A DNA stretch of 64,000 nucleotides, taken from assembly GCF_004010195.1 (NCBI RefSeq), contig NC_057750.1, positions 14,487,221 through 14,551,220 on the forward strand, given 5' to 3'. Positions 1 to 15,007 of this stretch are shown piece after piece. The first letter of the stretch is position 1. Every line of letters begins with the position of its first letter. The notes beneath the pieces are model-generated. The model was not told where the DNA came from and made no database searches. It saw only the letters and a program-made list of their open reading frames with translations. Position numbers and translations under genes: made by a program. This DNA comes from Chiloscyllium plagiosum. Taxonomy: Eukaryota.

Positions 1-3000
1 TGGAATGCCTGATGTCAGAAGACATGAGCATGGTTACGGAGGTTGTCTCCATCTTTGGTGGGAAACGGAAAGTTTAACCAGTTAGGTTGTTGGTCTAAGT
101 CTCTTGCTAATCGACTTTCCCAGATTGCTTGAGAAATGTATGTTCTACCTTTACTTGTAAAATTATGTCTACTAAGTATAGATGGGTAATCTGTTAACTT
201 ACAAGTGCAGTTGTGCTGTAATTGCACTGGGGATGGAATAAGTTCCATTTCAGATGAAAATTTTGCCCAGATTTCCTTTTAACATGTTCTTATTGAAGTG
301 ATTTTCTTAACATTACCAATGTTACTAATGTACAAAGAGCAGGGCTAGAGAGAGTTAAACAGCCAGTGTTCATTTTATAGTTTCATCAACAACAGAGGAC
401 TGTCTTTTCTTTATGTCTGATCTCACCTCATCACAGGAAGGTATTAGAGATTAGATAAGAAGAATAAAGTTGATGGGGAAAGAGGATGCTAGAGTCTTAA
501 TTTTCCGTGATTATAGAATTTGTAAAGTGCCTTTGATCTTATAAAACATTGCAAAATGTTTCTGAAGAGTAAGGGAATTGGCAGTCCAGGACACACATTG
601 GGAGAATTGTCAGTTGAGTATTTGGAAATGTAGTCAACAAAAGAGCTTTTGGGATTTCCATTAGGATATAGAAAGAGCTAGCCAGATGGATTACAGCACA
701 CAACTGAGGCTGCCATCAGTCATGGGGCAAAGAAAGGCATACAGGAGAGGGGATGTTGTGAGCTGGATGAAGAGTCAGTAGAAGTTATAGAAGTAGTGTG
801 AAGTGAAGACTTTAAGATTTTGAAATCAATGTACTGACAGGGATCCAATCAGGTGATGACATAGTAACAAGGTTGAAATGGCATCCTCAGCTTGATGATG
901 TCATGAACAACAACAATAAACATAAAGCCATTTCTAAACACCCAAATCATACAAATATAATTGTCATGCATATTTCTATACTTCATATAAATGTATATAT
1001 GTACATTTTAGTCCTAATTTGTTTCTAAACAAATTACTAATTCACTGGTTGTTATTGAGGTTGAATACTGTTAACATCTGAAGAGTTGTGTCAAATAACA
1101 AGTGCGTAGATTTGTGATTGAAATTTTGACTTAATATACCATTTCCCCCCATCCCCAAAAATATCACAAAACTTATATTTGTGAATCTTATCCCACCAAT
1201 AACTGCTGTGTGACTTTGGTTCTTTATCTTAATAGCTGACATACATATTTAGATGGACACAGTACTAGTTAGAGCAAATATTTGTGGATTATAAACTAAT
1301 CAAATTGCAAAACAGGAAAACTATGCAACACCAATGAGGTGTGTGCATAATCAATTCTACCTCAGCTACAGGCACTGATATCATCCTGCAGGTCAGTCCC
1401 AGAAATGGTGCAGCCAAGCCAAAATCAAAAGGCAGACAGGCTAACCTCACCTTTATTAGTTTAACCACTTGAAATTTACGTCTCAAGCTGACCAGTTCTA
1501 AGCGAGGAAGTTAAGTTGTAAATTACAGATAGAATACACCAAAAAAAAGTAGATTTGATTTTAACCTAGACTTTATGTCCTCTCAGGTTTCTTCCCTATC
1601 TTTCTGGAGGCTATGATCTGGTCCATTCCACAGATGTTTGCTGATTCACTATGACGTCCAGTTGTTTGGACCAGGTTGAGAGTGTTACCATTGGTTGTAG
1701 CGCAGAATTGTTACAGTGCATAAGGAGACCAAATGGCCTATTATGTATGTCTGCACCACAAACAAGCCTAATATCTCTTTCATCCAATATCTTGAGTGCA
1801 TCCTTGCTGGATTAAATGAATATCAATCTGAAGCAGAAATTCCTGCTGATATAATCATCTTTTTAGTGTTGCCCCCACCCAGCCTTATTTACCTGGGTTT
1901 ACCAAGGCATGATGCCATGCCTCTATGTCTATTGTAATGAGATTAACAAATTCACCACAAACCAGGAATCAGTGACAGATGCCTAGAAATCAGGCTGTCT
2001 TTCAGGAGATGCATGGCATTCAAAGTCCTTGAGTTAGCAGGCAGGAAGCATTGTGTCTATTTCTGACATGAATATATCACATGCCATATTAGATTAAAAA
2101 TAGACAAGAGGTGTCCTTTAGCCACACTTAAATCTAATGTTAGTTGCTTTTATATAAGTAAGAGATACATTGCCTACTTGAGATCCCTAGAACGAGATGG
2201 AAAAGAGGCAAAGGGAACTCAGAGCCAGGAGTGGCAGTGCATATTCATGGAAGAAGAATACTCCTGGTCAACCAGGATGAAGTGAAAATACTTGTTTCTG
2301 AATGTGGATCCAGAATGGCCCAGGAGTATTCCCCTCACTGCACAATAAGCTACCTACAAATATCACAGGCGCACCTAACCTAAGGTTAGTTCACCCCTTC
2401 TTCCTTTCCGACTGTGTGCTGCTGGTTCAGCATCCCTAATCTCTGGTGTCCTTCAACCCCAGTTCTGAAAACCAGACTTCACAGCCCAACAACTCTCCTT
2501 CCAATCCCAAACCCCTAATCTATTCCCTCACCCCAGCCTTGAAAATCCTTCCCTATTTCATCCTCCCCCAAAGCCACTGTTGATTTAGAATTATTTTTTC
2601 TCCCGATACTTGTGATTTCCCCTCGACTCCACCAATCACTCAGTTGTTACCTTGAACTCTGCCATTTGTATGTAAGGTGAATATTTCTACAAAAGGTTAG
2701 TGCCCAAATTGGATGTTGCAGAATCTTCTGTCATCTCATACAGTGTGCTAACCCATGAATCTACTGTTGATAGCATCATTTAAACTGAATATATGGTGCC
2801 AAGGGCAGGGTAAATTTATGCAGGGCATCTCCCACTCAACAAGCTTAATGTTTTTCTGGGCCTTCCATGTCTTCTGTTCTAAAGTCATGATGGACAAACA
2901 GTTCCCTGGCAAGTTCATGTCCATTATTCTGATTTTTTTTTCACTTTATTGGATCCCTATTTACCATGAGGAGCAATATAAAATTAAAGTTATTTGCATT

Positions 3001-3115
3001 CCAATTACCCCTCCTCCTCGGTCCAAAGGTAACAGTCTAAAGAGAGATTGTGAGTTGGACAAGTACATGTCCTCTGATTTTCTTAAGTGCTGGAGGAAGG
3101 TTAGTTCTTTCTTAG

Positions 3116-3364
<249 letters not shown>

Positions 3365-4899
3365 TAACAATTGTGCTTCCATATTACAATCAGTTTTCTC
3401 AGAAAATAATTTAATATGCAAAATATTAAGCATATATGCGTATAAATAAATGCTTAATTATTTTGAGGTGGAGGCAACTGAGAAAAGTCTGAGATACGTG
3501 AGAGAGTTGTAGCTGGGTGTTGGGCATTGAAAGACCCAAAGCTGCTAACATAGCTCTCTATGGGGACCCATTAACTGCCTGGTCTCGTTTACCTCTGACC
3601 AGTTGCCTTTACTTCTGAAATGGATGGAAGCTGTAAGCAGGTCAATGAAAAATGGATGGCATTTGGCCAGATTGAGAATGTGGATGAAATCTGGTGCAGC
3701 AGCAGCCTAGACTTTGCTTGTGGGGCCCAACCTTGTACAAAAGTCCTGCTCCTTCTAATACTGTAAAGCTAAGTTTAAAACTTGGTTTCACTGGTAATGT
3801 CCCTACGATTGGACCAGAAGGTCAGAGTTCAAATCCCACTTGTCTTGGATACGTGTTGTAAAGTCCGAAGAGGTTGATAAATTTAGTGAAAACTAGGGGC
3901 TTTTCTTTCCCAACACAAATTAGTGAGTGAAGAACCCAGATACATATCCTACTCAAGATCCTATTAAAATTCCAGTGTATTTCTGGTTGCATTAGTATAT
4001 GTTAATGAGGCTGCTGCCTGAGTCATTTAAGGACTTTAGCAGTCTGTAAAAACAGTGAGGTTGTTCTAAGAAGTAGGTTTGAACAATTCTGAAAATATGT
4101 GAAACAAATAACATGCATAAACAATGTTAATGTTCTTGAAACTGAGTACATGAATAAAAAAGACTAAATACAAATTATTTTGTGTAACTTACCCACAACC
4201 TTATCCTTTGGTAATGAATTGATTGGATAAATTACAATGAAAAGCAGCAGTGTAACATTAGTGAGTAAATAAATTACCGTCTGTAGAATGCTAAGTCAAT
4301 ACATAACATGGAAAAAATAAACCTAATAAGTGATACCAATGCAAGGAACCCACACTATTACTTCAAGGTAAACCAGGCCAGTAGGACATAAATTGAAATC
4401 AATGGGAGGTAAATTTAAACGGAATACTTATCTTAAAGAAACTTTACATTCCTGAACATTTAGATAATCTGGTGATTTAGAGATTAGTGGAGTTCAGAAT
4501 GCAACTGAAATCTAGGCTGAGTGCATTTGAAGACCAAAAGAATATTGTTGATGGCATTTCACCCTTGACGTTGACATTACCTATGCCACTATGTAGTATC
4601 TTTGAGTTCTTCTTCGTGTGGCATTTAAATGTTCCACACACCTATCACGAAAACCATGTATTTGCTACTGTACAGAGGTTTTGATGTTGTCGATAATTCC
4701 TCTGTCTTTTGAATGTCCTACTAGTGAGAGCAGACATTGACATGGAAAGTTAATTTCAACATCACTTCCAGTGTGTCAGTGCAGTCTTTGCCCATCAGAG
4801 GACCAGAGTGTCTAATGGCAAGGATCTCAAATCAGACACCAAACTCAGTCTACAGGGAAGCAGCATAAGCATTGGAGGTATGGGCAGTTATACCCATTG

Positions 4900-5370
4900 C
4901 TTCAGATCCCTTGAGAAAGATCACCAGTAATGCCTCTACAAAATCTTACAAATCTATTGGCAGGAGAGGCGCTCAAATATCAAGGTCCTCTCTCAGGCCA
5001 ACACCCCTGGTATTGCGACTCTGGTTACATTCCAGGAGTGTAGAGGAAACACTTCAAGGATGTTCTCAAAGCCTCCCTGAATAACTGCAATATTCTCACC
5101 AACCTGTGAGACTCTGAAGGTCAAGATTCCCCAGTTTGGCAAAGAAGCATCCACAAATGATTTTAAGCCTCTCCAGCAAGCCCAGGTGGAGGCTAAATAT
5201 AAGCCACAGAAGGAGCATGCAGAAATCTGAGCAACCCATCCACCTACCTCAGCAAAATCTACTTGCCCCACCAGAATTTGCAGATCCACGATTAGACTGC
5301 TTAATGATCTCAGAACCAACAATGCCAGAACAGAAGAAAGTTATCCTCAATCCTGCTGAAGAAGAGATGC
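4900..5370 (+). mobile_element. Degenerate RTE-clade LINE 3' fragment
   Basis: Patchy translation RRSNIKVLSQANTPGIATLV and KHFKDVLKASL, typical of the RTE ORF C-terminus; boundaries approximate. Confidence 0.5.
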
Positions 5371-5732
5371 TGTTATAGTGTAAAGGAAAGAACAATAATT
5401 CAATCCAGTTGTAATTGTGTTGGTGTGTCAAAAATCATCAAACATTTTTATAGTTAGCTGCTAGGACTTAATGGTTAAAGAATATAGTTAATTCTGAAGC
5501 AGCAAGCATTTGTGGATATATATATATTTAAAGTTTATCCATCCATAAGGAATCTGTTTGAATTCAGGACAATGTAGTTTTTTTTATATATGATCTACTT
5601 GTAGTACTCTGACTAGAAAGTGGTGAATATTCCTCTCAGTGCAGTAAAGCCCAAACAAAATTCAAAGTGCCATCACAAATGTAAGAAGCTGAAAGAAATG
5701 CTACACTTAGGGAAAAGCTATGCTAACACTGA

Positions 5733-5870
<138 letters not shown>

Positions 5871-6207
5871 TGATGTTTATATTTGGCTGAAATTTCAAAT
5901 AAGAAATCTGTGTAATAGCCTATTCAATCTCAGTCTACTAAATGTGTATATAATCTCATTCAACATCGAACAACAGCACTATAAACATGCATAATTGCAA
6001 CTGTGTAAAGAATAAACTCAAAAAGGAAGAGCTATTAGTCTCTGTATTGAAGGTAGAGAGAACCAATTGCTGCAAGTTCCTTCCTTCACTTTAAGGAAGA
6101 TCTTCCTCCTGTTGTAAATAAGAAAATGTAATTTATCATTGTGGCGTTATGAGCTGTTTGGAATTCTTACTATTTTATTCTGATCCTGTTGTTCCTGACC
6201 GGCCTAG

Positions 6208-6459
<252 letters not shown>

Positions 6460-8086
6460 TAATTTTTTTTTATCGTTGCTATTGCCTTTAGATGATATTC
6501 AAAGGCAGGTACCCAACTTGGGCACAGTATTTTAGATGGTGATCTGTATAAGTTTAACTTTATGTTTTTACTTTTGTATTCTATGCCACTAATGATATAA
6601 CCTTGCCTCCATCTTCCCAGGCAGTTATCTGATTTAAACCAAACTGTTTGCAACCACACTGTCAGATTTGACCCCATTATGAGCTTTCAGCCACATGTGT
6701 GTTCCCTCATCATGATCACCTAATTTTCTTTTTAATACTTCAACCATGTGAAATTCTCATCCATACCTTTTTAACTCTGAATTTGACAATTCAAATTATC
6801 TCCTGACTGGACTCCCATCTTCCTTCCTTCTGTAAACGTGGGATCCCCAAATTATGCTGTTTGTATCCACTAGGCTGAAGTAAAGAAGGCAATGCAGTAA
6901 AAATAACTATGAAGGAAATATTTTGAAGGTTAGAGTGGAACTGTGATAATGTCAGCCAACTGGTAATAACTGATGTTTTGGAGAGACGGTGTCAAATCTC
7001 ACACAGCAACTGGTGCAATTTATACTCAATTAATAATTTTGGAATTGAAAGCCAGTCTCAGTATGGCAATCATGAGAATTTTTCAATTGTTATTTTAAAA
7101 ACCCACCTGATTCACTCGTGTCTTTTTAAGGTAGTCCTGTTACCTAAATCCTAACCCCTAGCACATTAGTTTTATGTCAGCTCCTTTTGGTTCAGCACCT
7201 CAATTTTAAAATTATCTCCTTGTTTTTAAATCCTTGCGCGGCATCACTTTTCTATTTCTGAGGCCTCCCCTCCTCCAACCCTGCAGTCCTCCAAGATTTG
7301 TCAGCTCATCTTCTCTTGCACAACCACGTTTAATCAAACTGCCATTGGTAGACATGCCTTCAGCTGTCAGTCAGCCTGCTGTCTACCGATCAAGCATTTT
7401 GAATCCTTCACCAAAGAAATATGTTATTGCTATTGATAAATCCTAAAATTGCAATTATTTACAGATTTATTAATTTCTCGCTCCACTTTTAAAGAATTGC
7501 TTATCCAATTCCAAAACAACCTGAATTTAAATTTTGATAAAATTCTACACCCTCTTCATGATCCCAAATAATATGAGATATTTCATTTTTCTTAATTAAA
7601 TTTGATCAAGCATTTATTTTCCTAGCATTCTCGACAACTTCGTGTATGTGCCTTTTGATATTGTGCCCACATACCTGCGTCCAGATCCACTTTCAATGGT
7701 CCTAACACTAACTCTCGTGAGACATGAGTATTTACATCTCTAAATAGTATACATTAACCACTACGCTCTTATTTTCAAACTTTGTGCAACATCATTATCA
7801 TCTCTCTTTAATTGTGTGCCTTTATATTAGCAATATATAAAACACTTTGAAAATGAATGTGTGCAATTATCCATTGAATTTATTTTAGTAAATTAAAGTT
7901 TATCAATGTTCTTTCAATACTCTTATGATTTCAGACACTACATGACTTTTGTGAGTTGTAGTTTGTCATAAATAACCTCATGTTCTTATTTTAAAAATAT
8001 TTGATTTGAATCTTTTTGCATAATTCATTTTTTGATGTTGCTGAAATACCAAAGCAGCCCAAAAACCCTATTGGTGTTTGGTGTGA

Positions 8087-8242
<156 letters not shown>

Positions 8243-8777
8243 TGACTTATTTCATCCTTTTTCACACCATTTATCTGAATGTCATTGTGTTTCATTTAAT
8301 ATAATATTGCTCATTATTACAAAGAGAGCGGAGCAGTTCAGTATATTAAAGCAAGCTTTTTGAACTTCCAAACGTCAGTCAGGTTGCAACACAAATTGTC
8401 AAAATGAAGTTCTTTTCTCTGATATTAGTTTCGGATCCTATAGTGCAGAGTAAGGTTCAACAATATTTCTAACTTGAATCAGATAGTCACGATTTCTTTC
8501 TTAATTCAAGTATGTAATTAAAATAAATTGACATATTGGCATGCTAATTTGAAGAAACAATTTCAATAAATTTTAACTACTTTATTTGTTATTATTTGTC
8601 ATCTTGCTCGGAGTTGATCCTCAACAGTACGATCAAAACCTTTTTGTGTTTATTTCTTTATTTAGCTACTCAGTCCTAAATTAGAAAAAGGCTTTAATCC
8701 CCTAGAATTTGCACTACAAATAATCTTGAACTTTCATCATCAGTGTCTCTTTATGTTTCTGACAGTGCCATTGTTGT

Positions 8778-8916
8778 AAAAGCACAATATTGCTGGTGCT
8801 TGAAATCTGAAATTAAAAAGAGAGAATGCTGGAAAAACTTAGCAGGTCTGGCAGCATGTGTGGAGAGAGAAATAGAGTTAATGTTTTGAGTCCAATATGA
8901 CTCTTCTTGAGAACTG
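8778..8916 (-). mobile_element. Short non-autonomous PLE-like repeat with a decayed hammerhead motif
   Basis: Minus strand AGTT-CTCAAGA-A-GAGTC(atattg)GACTC-AAAAC-ATT-AACT; related copy at 58405-58490. Confidence 0.5.
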
Positions 8917-10719
8917 CAATTATTACAGCTGGTTCAGATTTATTAGTAGTATGTTGTGACAACAATTTCTTAAAAGGCTGTTGAGTGAATGCTAAACCAT
9001 ACATTATGAAATTACATGGAATGTCATCATTACTTGTCAAAGAATGTCCGTATAAATACTGTAGCAGTAATGTTGCCTCAGGTATTTCTTAGAGAGTACC
9101 TAAGTGCGAATTACAGAAATATTTACAGTTCACTTGAAAACATGAAGGATTTATTTCTGTAGCAGTAGTATGTTTGGATGAAAGATTGTGTACTTTTAAA
9201 GGAAAACTGTAGGGAAGATGAATTAATTTAATCCATTTCCCACTGAGTGTCTAAATGTCGTTTTTATTCTGATGAATAACAGATGCCTGATAATCGAGGA
9301 TCCAGAAATAGCGTAAGAATTTTGTGTACCGCAGCTGCCATCTCATGCAAGTTGTTTGCCATAAATGCTGTCATTTTAATTTTTCATTTGGGCACATATC
9401 TCTGTAGTTTCCTGTTTCAGTGGTAAATCACTCTTGCTTTCGATGAGAATTTTCAAGCCACTGGTTAATTTAAACTGGAAGTAAGTGGCCTCAGTATCAC
9501 AAAACACAAGGGACAGAAAGTACACGCCAAGCATCCATTTCAAGAACTGTGTCTTTTCTCTTAGTGTACAATATTAGAATGTTTCTTTAACATCAGATTT
9601 TTTTTTTAACCTGAATGGAAAGCTGCAAAATTCAATCTTCTTACTTCAACACCAGTCTACCTCACCAGAAATAACTAATGTAATTGATTTCTTCTTGGTC
9701 AAGACAATAATGCCAAAAAAAGTTCATAAATTACTAGAATCTCAAACACAATTTCACATAATCTGGATTAAAATGTTTCCAATATATCATAAACAGATTA
9801 GAGCACCTAATGGTTGTGAAAGAAATCTTTTGACCTTCTATTTATGATGTATTCATTCCTTTAACAAAATTTCATTGATAACAAAATTTTCATTTTTTTT
9901 GTAATAGACATTGCTTTATAAATACACACATCTGTAAACAAATATGAAATGGATGTTGGAACGGTGTAGTTCCTGTTCTCTGAAAGTCTCACTTGTGTAC
10001 ATCATAATGAAATATTGAAGTTTATTAGACCATTTATGTTGTGCCTAATTTTGCTCACCACTCACTTGCTATACATTTATTATCTTCTACCAGGAGTGTA
10101 AAACAGTCTCGCTCACCAGTAATATTGACATTATTCTGTGATTAGCTAGCAGGGAAAACATTTGTGATGTTGAGATTTTGGTATTTCACAAATATTATTG
10201 TAAACAAATATGAATATGGGGCAATCCTGGAACTAAACAACTCACAGCCGTCTTGTTATGGAGCCAGCACCATTACATTTAGGCTATCAAGCTGATACAT
10301 TAACTGCACAATTGCTTTTATCTCTAACACACAAAAGGAATGAATATTTACATGATTGTATATCTTCCACTTGCTCCCATGTATAATTTTGCTTCTGGAT
10401 AATACATTTGCCAATTTTTGCATTAGCGATTGCATTAACGTAGCTGCATAATTTCCAGATAAATTACTACCAGGTTTTTCATTTTATAGGAAGAGTGTTA
10501 ATTACATTTTAAGACTTCCTTTTAATGATTTTTTTTGTTCAAATAGTCTCACTTATTGTGAGATGGGATTATATCCTGAAAATGCTTAAGGATTTAGGAA
10601 ATAATTTTAAATCAAACTCTGATGGCAAATGAACAAACAAACTAGTGTGATGCTGTAAAACTGCAGTCTATTGTGTTTGTCCATAATCTATAGTCCTAAA
10701 ATCAACAAGCACATTGACT

Positions 10720-10940
10720 TTTAATCCCATTTACCACCCCTGAGAAAAAGAACAGGAAATGACATCATCGACCCAAGGAAACCTAAATACATAAATAAAA
10801 AGCGGGCCATATCATCGGTGCTTCACTGATGATGTTACCTAGTATGGTGATGAAACGTCTGAAAACAAACCTTCCAGCTCAGCGAGCAAACTTACATCCA
10901 GAACCTCAACCTGAGCCTACAAATCTTCTCAAAACTTGCT
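10720..10940 (+). mobile_element. Penelope-like element 3' terminal fragment carrying a hammerhead motif
   Basis: Aligns with 29430-29652, which follows a PLE ORF C-terminus. Confidence 0.7.
10822..10863 (+). ncRNA. Minimal type I hammerhead ribozyme motif
   Basis: UUCA-CUGAUGA-U-GUUACC(uaguau)GGUGAU-GAAAC-GUC-UGAA; complete core, 4-bp stem I, 6-bp stem II, palindromic ACGU stem III. Confidence 0.7.
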
Positions 10941-12374
10941 ATACCTGAAATTATTAGATTACTAGTTGGTAACATAAGCATTTTACTAGTGGTTATACAA
11001 CTAAAGCTAATCTTTCACATAGTCAGAAAGTCTCCATTTATGAGTTGCGATTTTTTCAAAAGTCAGAATTGTATTTCCCTGTCACTTGAAATAGATTGTT
11101 TATTTTGAGAGTTTACAGTGCCTTGGATTCTTGTGCATTTGTTGTCATTTTTATTTTCATTTGTGTGAGAAACATAATGGAGTAAGGTAGAAGCTGAAAT
11201 TTAAGAAACTTTCTATGCAATTTTTGTGCATCAAATGGATACATTTGACATTGCACAAATAAAGTTAAGTCTCTGAGAGATAGAAAGGTTGTTCATAAGT
11301 ATTCACTTGTGACAGAGTACTCACAAGAAACCCAGTTACACCTCATTTTATGAGATGTAACTTTTTTGAGGAATTTTACAGCAAGATTAATCGCTTAAAA
11401 ATGTGGAAGTTCACATCAAATTAATGATTTCAAATTGATTTTTACCTGTGTGGAGCCAGGCTACAACAATATTTCCTGTAGGGAAGCAGTGAATCATTTA
11501 CCAGAAATGGATCATATGTAGTTCTAAAAGAATCACGAGCTCCAGTCATTGTTTGTTTTTTTGCCATACAAGACAATTATTTTAATTTCCCACTTACAAT
11601 CCACCAAATAAAAGTATAAATTCTACAAATTGGATACTGCTATCGTTGAAATTATATCTAATGGTGATCTCTCAATTTCACATGGCCCACTTTTTTTATT
11701 TAAACAGGTTGTTGAAGGAGGTTCTTCAGTATCATGTATAGATGTTCTCATTTTATTCACTTTACCTCATTGACAGCAGGTAGACTGGACTGGAGGCATA
11801 CCATCATATTGTAGTACATCCTATCATCTTAAACTATAATAATGACAGTAATGCTCCATACGGTAGGAAAGTAACATGTAACAAGATTTGAGTGTTTTTA
11901 ACAAATTCAAACTTGCTTTCAATATTGTATTGAAGTCTTAATAAGCCTTCCAAAATACATATAAGGCCCTTCATGTAGGTTACAAAAAGATTTAATGGTT
12001 TTGTTCTACGGATAAAATTTCCATGTATTTAAGTTTTGAAAAAATCAGACTAATTTATAAAGAGGGACTAGACCATATTATTTCACCATGAACAGTATAA
12101 GAACAAAGGTCATTGTATAACCTCAGGTTTGATGCCATTTTAATGTGTAATATTTATTATTTGTTATCATGCAAAAAAGGAACATTTTTGGATTAAAACA
12201 CGGCACGAGGTACGTTTTAAACATTAGTTACTAAATTACTTGTCTTCACCAAAACCAATCTGCACCATGATTTCGTTTTTGAAAACAGGATATTTTAATT
12301 CAGCGTAATAGTTTCTGGAGCGTCTTAAGTAAAGGAAAGCAAAATGTCTGAAGATTTGTTGTGTTAAAGTTGTT

Positions 12375-13320
12375 GAACATAAGAAATAGGAGCAGGGGTA
12401 GACCATGTGGCCTTTCCAGCCTGTTTCACCATTCTATATGATCATCGTTAATCTTCAGCTTCAACTCCACTTTCCCATCCACTCTGTAACCTTTTAATTT
12501 CCCGACAGACCAAATATCTGTCTATCCCAATCTTAAATTTATTCATTGGTAAAGCATCCATAACTCCCAAGGAATAGAAAATTCAAAAGATTCACAAACC
12601 TTTGTAATATATTTTTTCATCTCAGTCCTAAACGATCCTGAGATTGAGCACCCAAGTTCTCGATTGCTCAGTCAAGGGGAAACAGCCTCTCAGTTTCTAC
12701 TCAATCAAATACTTCTGAATCTTCTATGTTTAAATTAGATTACTTGACATTTTTCTAAACAGTCCAGTTAATAGGGTGAGTAAACTAGGGCCATATCATA
12801 ATAAGACAACCCTGTCATCCTAAGGACCAATTTAATAAACCTCCACCGTACCACCTCAAAGGTGATCTCACTGAAGCCGTGTACATTTGTAACAAGACTT
12901 AGTTATTCCTTTACTCAATCACCTTGCAATAAAGTCCAGCATGACAATTTGCCTTCCAAGTTGCTACTGTATCTTCATGCTAATTTTGTGTTCCCCATAG
13001 AAGAACACAAGTCCATCTGAATATCATAATTTAAAAGTTTTGCTTTCTAAAGAAAAATCTGATTTTCTATTCTTGCAAACAAATGTTTCACACTTCTCCA
13101 TATAATACAGCATCTTGCTGCCCACTCTCACAATTTGCCTCTATCTCTTGGCTGCCTGTCTCAATTTTTCCTGCAGCTTACCTTTCCACCTAACTTCGTA
13201 TCATCAGCGAATATAGATACCTTTCTCTCTGTTTCTTGAAGCCATTGATATAGATTGTAAATTGTTGAGCCCTTGGCCTAATCTTTGTGGCCCTTCAATG
13301 GTCACAGCCTACAAACTTCA
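12375..13320 (-). mobile_element. Old degenerate CR1-like LINE 3' part
   Basis: Starts with the tail gaacataagaaataggagcagggg; 'aacttcgtatcatcagcgaata' at ~13191 is the reverse complement of an FADDT RT motif. Confidence 0.6.
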
Positions 13321-14654
13321 AAATGACCAGTTTATGCATGAAAAGGTAGTGACATAATATTTGAGTGAAAATTTAATATTTTCCTTCTTTTTGTGAGCAA
13401 GACAATGAGTTACTGCACATCTAAAAATATCTCTGCATTATCATTTGAGAGCTATATTTTCTACCAATCTGGACTAAGTGGTTTCTAGCCTGCTTGACTC
13501 TTCAACAATATGAGATTGCTATATCCTTTTCTTCAGCTAAATTTATCTCCTAAACAAAGTTTGCTGAAGAATTCCCAATTTTAGTATCAACTGAAATGAT
13601 CTTGAATGTTCAAAGTTAGCCTGAATGATACTAAATTCCTGCTGCTAAATAACTGTCAAGAAATTAATGTTCGAGGAGCATTCTAAGCTGGAAGTGGAAC
13701 ATAACAGCATGAGTACAAAAGGGAAGAAAGAAAAGGCCATGTTTAGAGAGGGATACAATTACTCAAAACACTGCAAGTAATGCAAATGTCATTTATCTGT
13801 TTTCTTTTGGTTTGATGCAGTGTGTATGAGAGGCTGTACCTCACCTGTCACCAAACATCTGCATTTTGTCAGCTCCTAATAATCTGGCCTGCAGCTGAAG
13901 AGCAATGGCCAGAAGCCAGGTTTATGATGTGATGATAATCATTACCCTGGGTCCTTGCACACATTTAACTGTGAATTTCCACAGCATCAAGATACAAATC
14001 ACTGCCTGTTTGTGGACTAACGTGACCCATTATGCCACCTTTTGCATTCAGAACATTGAACACTTGCATGTAACATCATGTTTTCTTGCAATCAAGTACT
14101 TTTCAAAATATATTTCAAAGAAAGGGCTGCTGTTCTATAATCTACTGATTCAAGTACTATGACTTTAATTGAACTCACCTGAGAACTGACCACAGCCCAT
14201 CCCCAAACAACTTGGACAGCCAGATCCAAATGATAGGTGACCAAGACCCGACTGATCTCTGTGCAACTCCCCAACTGACACCATCCATCTCAGACTGGTT
14301 GAGCTGGACCTGCTGGACTCATTGTGGTCACTCCCAGGATTACAATGATATGGAACCCCTGAACCTGACTGCACCAATGGGCCCGCTGACCATGTCTGAA
14401 CCAATGGATTGAGATTAAACACTGTCCTTGACTTATTGTGGCTGGGCTCTCTGACTGAAGGCTGCCTATCTTGACTTGATCAAGGACTACTCCCTTTACA
14501 CTGTGAGATAAGACCAGATCACAACACTGTGCTCCTCCTCCCAACTTACAAGAAGTTGAAGCGTAGAAGGTAGTACAGTGCTAGTCTGAGGCAGTGGAAG
14601 AGTTTATGTGGGACTGCTTGGAATCTCTGCCTCTTGAACTGATTGGCTGTCTTG

Positions 14655-14945
14655 GCTATTCAGAGGGCAGTTAACAGTCAACATCACTGGTGTGGGTTTG
14701 AGTCTTATGGAGGCCAGACCAGGTAAAAATGACAGATTTCCTTCCGTAAAGGACATAAAGATTTTTTTTTCAAAATAATGATTGCAAAATCACCATTAGA
14801 CTAGCCTTTCATTCCAAGTTTTTTTGAATTCAAATTCCACAATCTGCCATGGTGGCACCCACTTACGTCCCAAGAAAACTTGCATGGTCTTTGTGAGATT
14901 AATTAAGTCAGTCCAGTGAGATTAACACTACACCACTTCTCCCCA
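14655..14945 (-). mobile_element. Older SINE-like repeat family (related copies ~42405-42730 and ~46950-47180)
   Basis: Shared block gagggcagtt...ctgtgggtctggagtc...cagacc...tttccttcc in several copies; family name not certain. Confidence 0.5.
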
Positions 14946-15007
14946 TATCGGTAAGTCTTGTTGAGTCTTGCTGATTGTCCATATATTGATTTCCATTGAA
15001 AGCAAAG

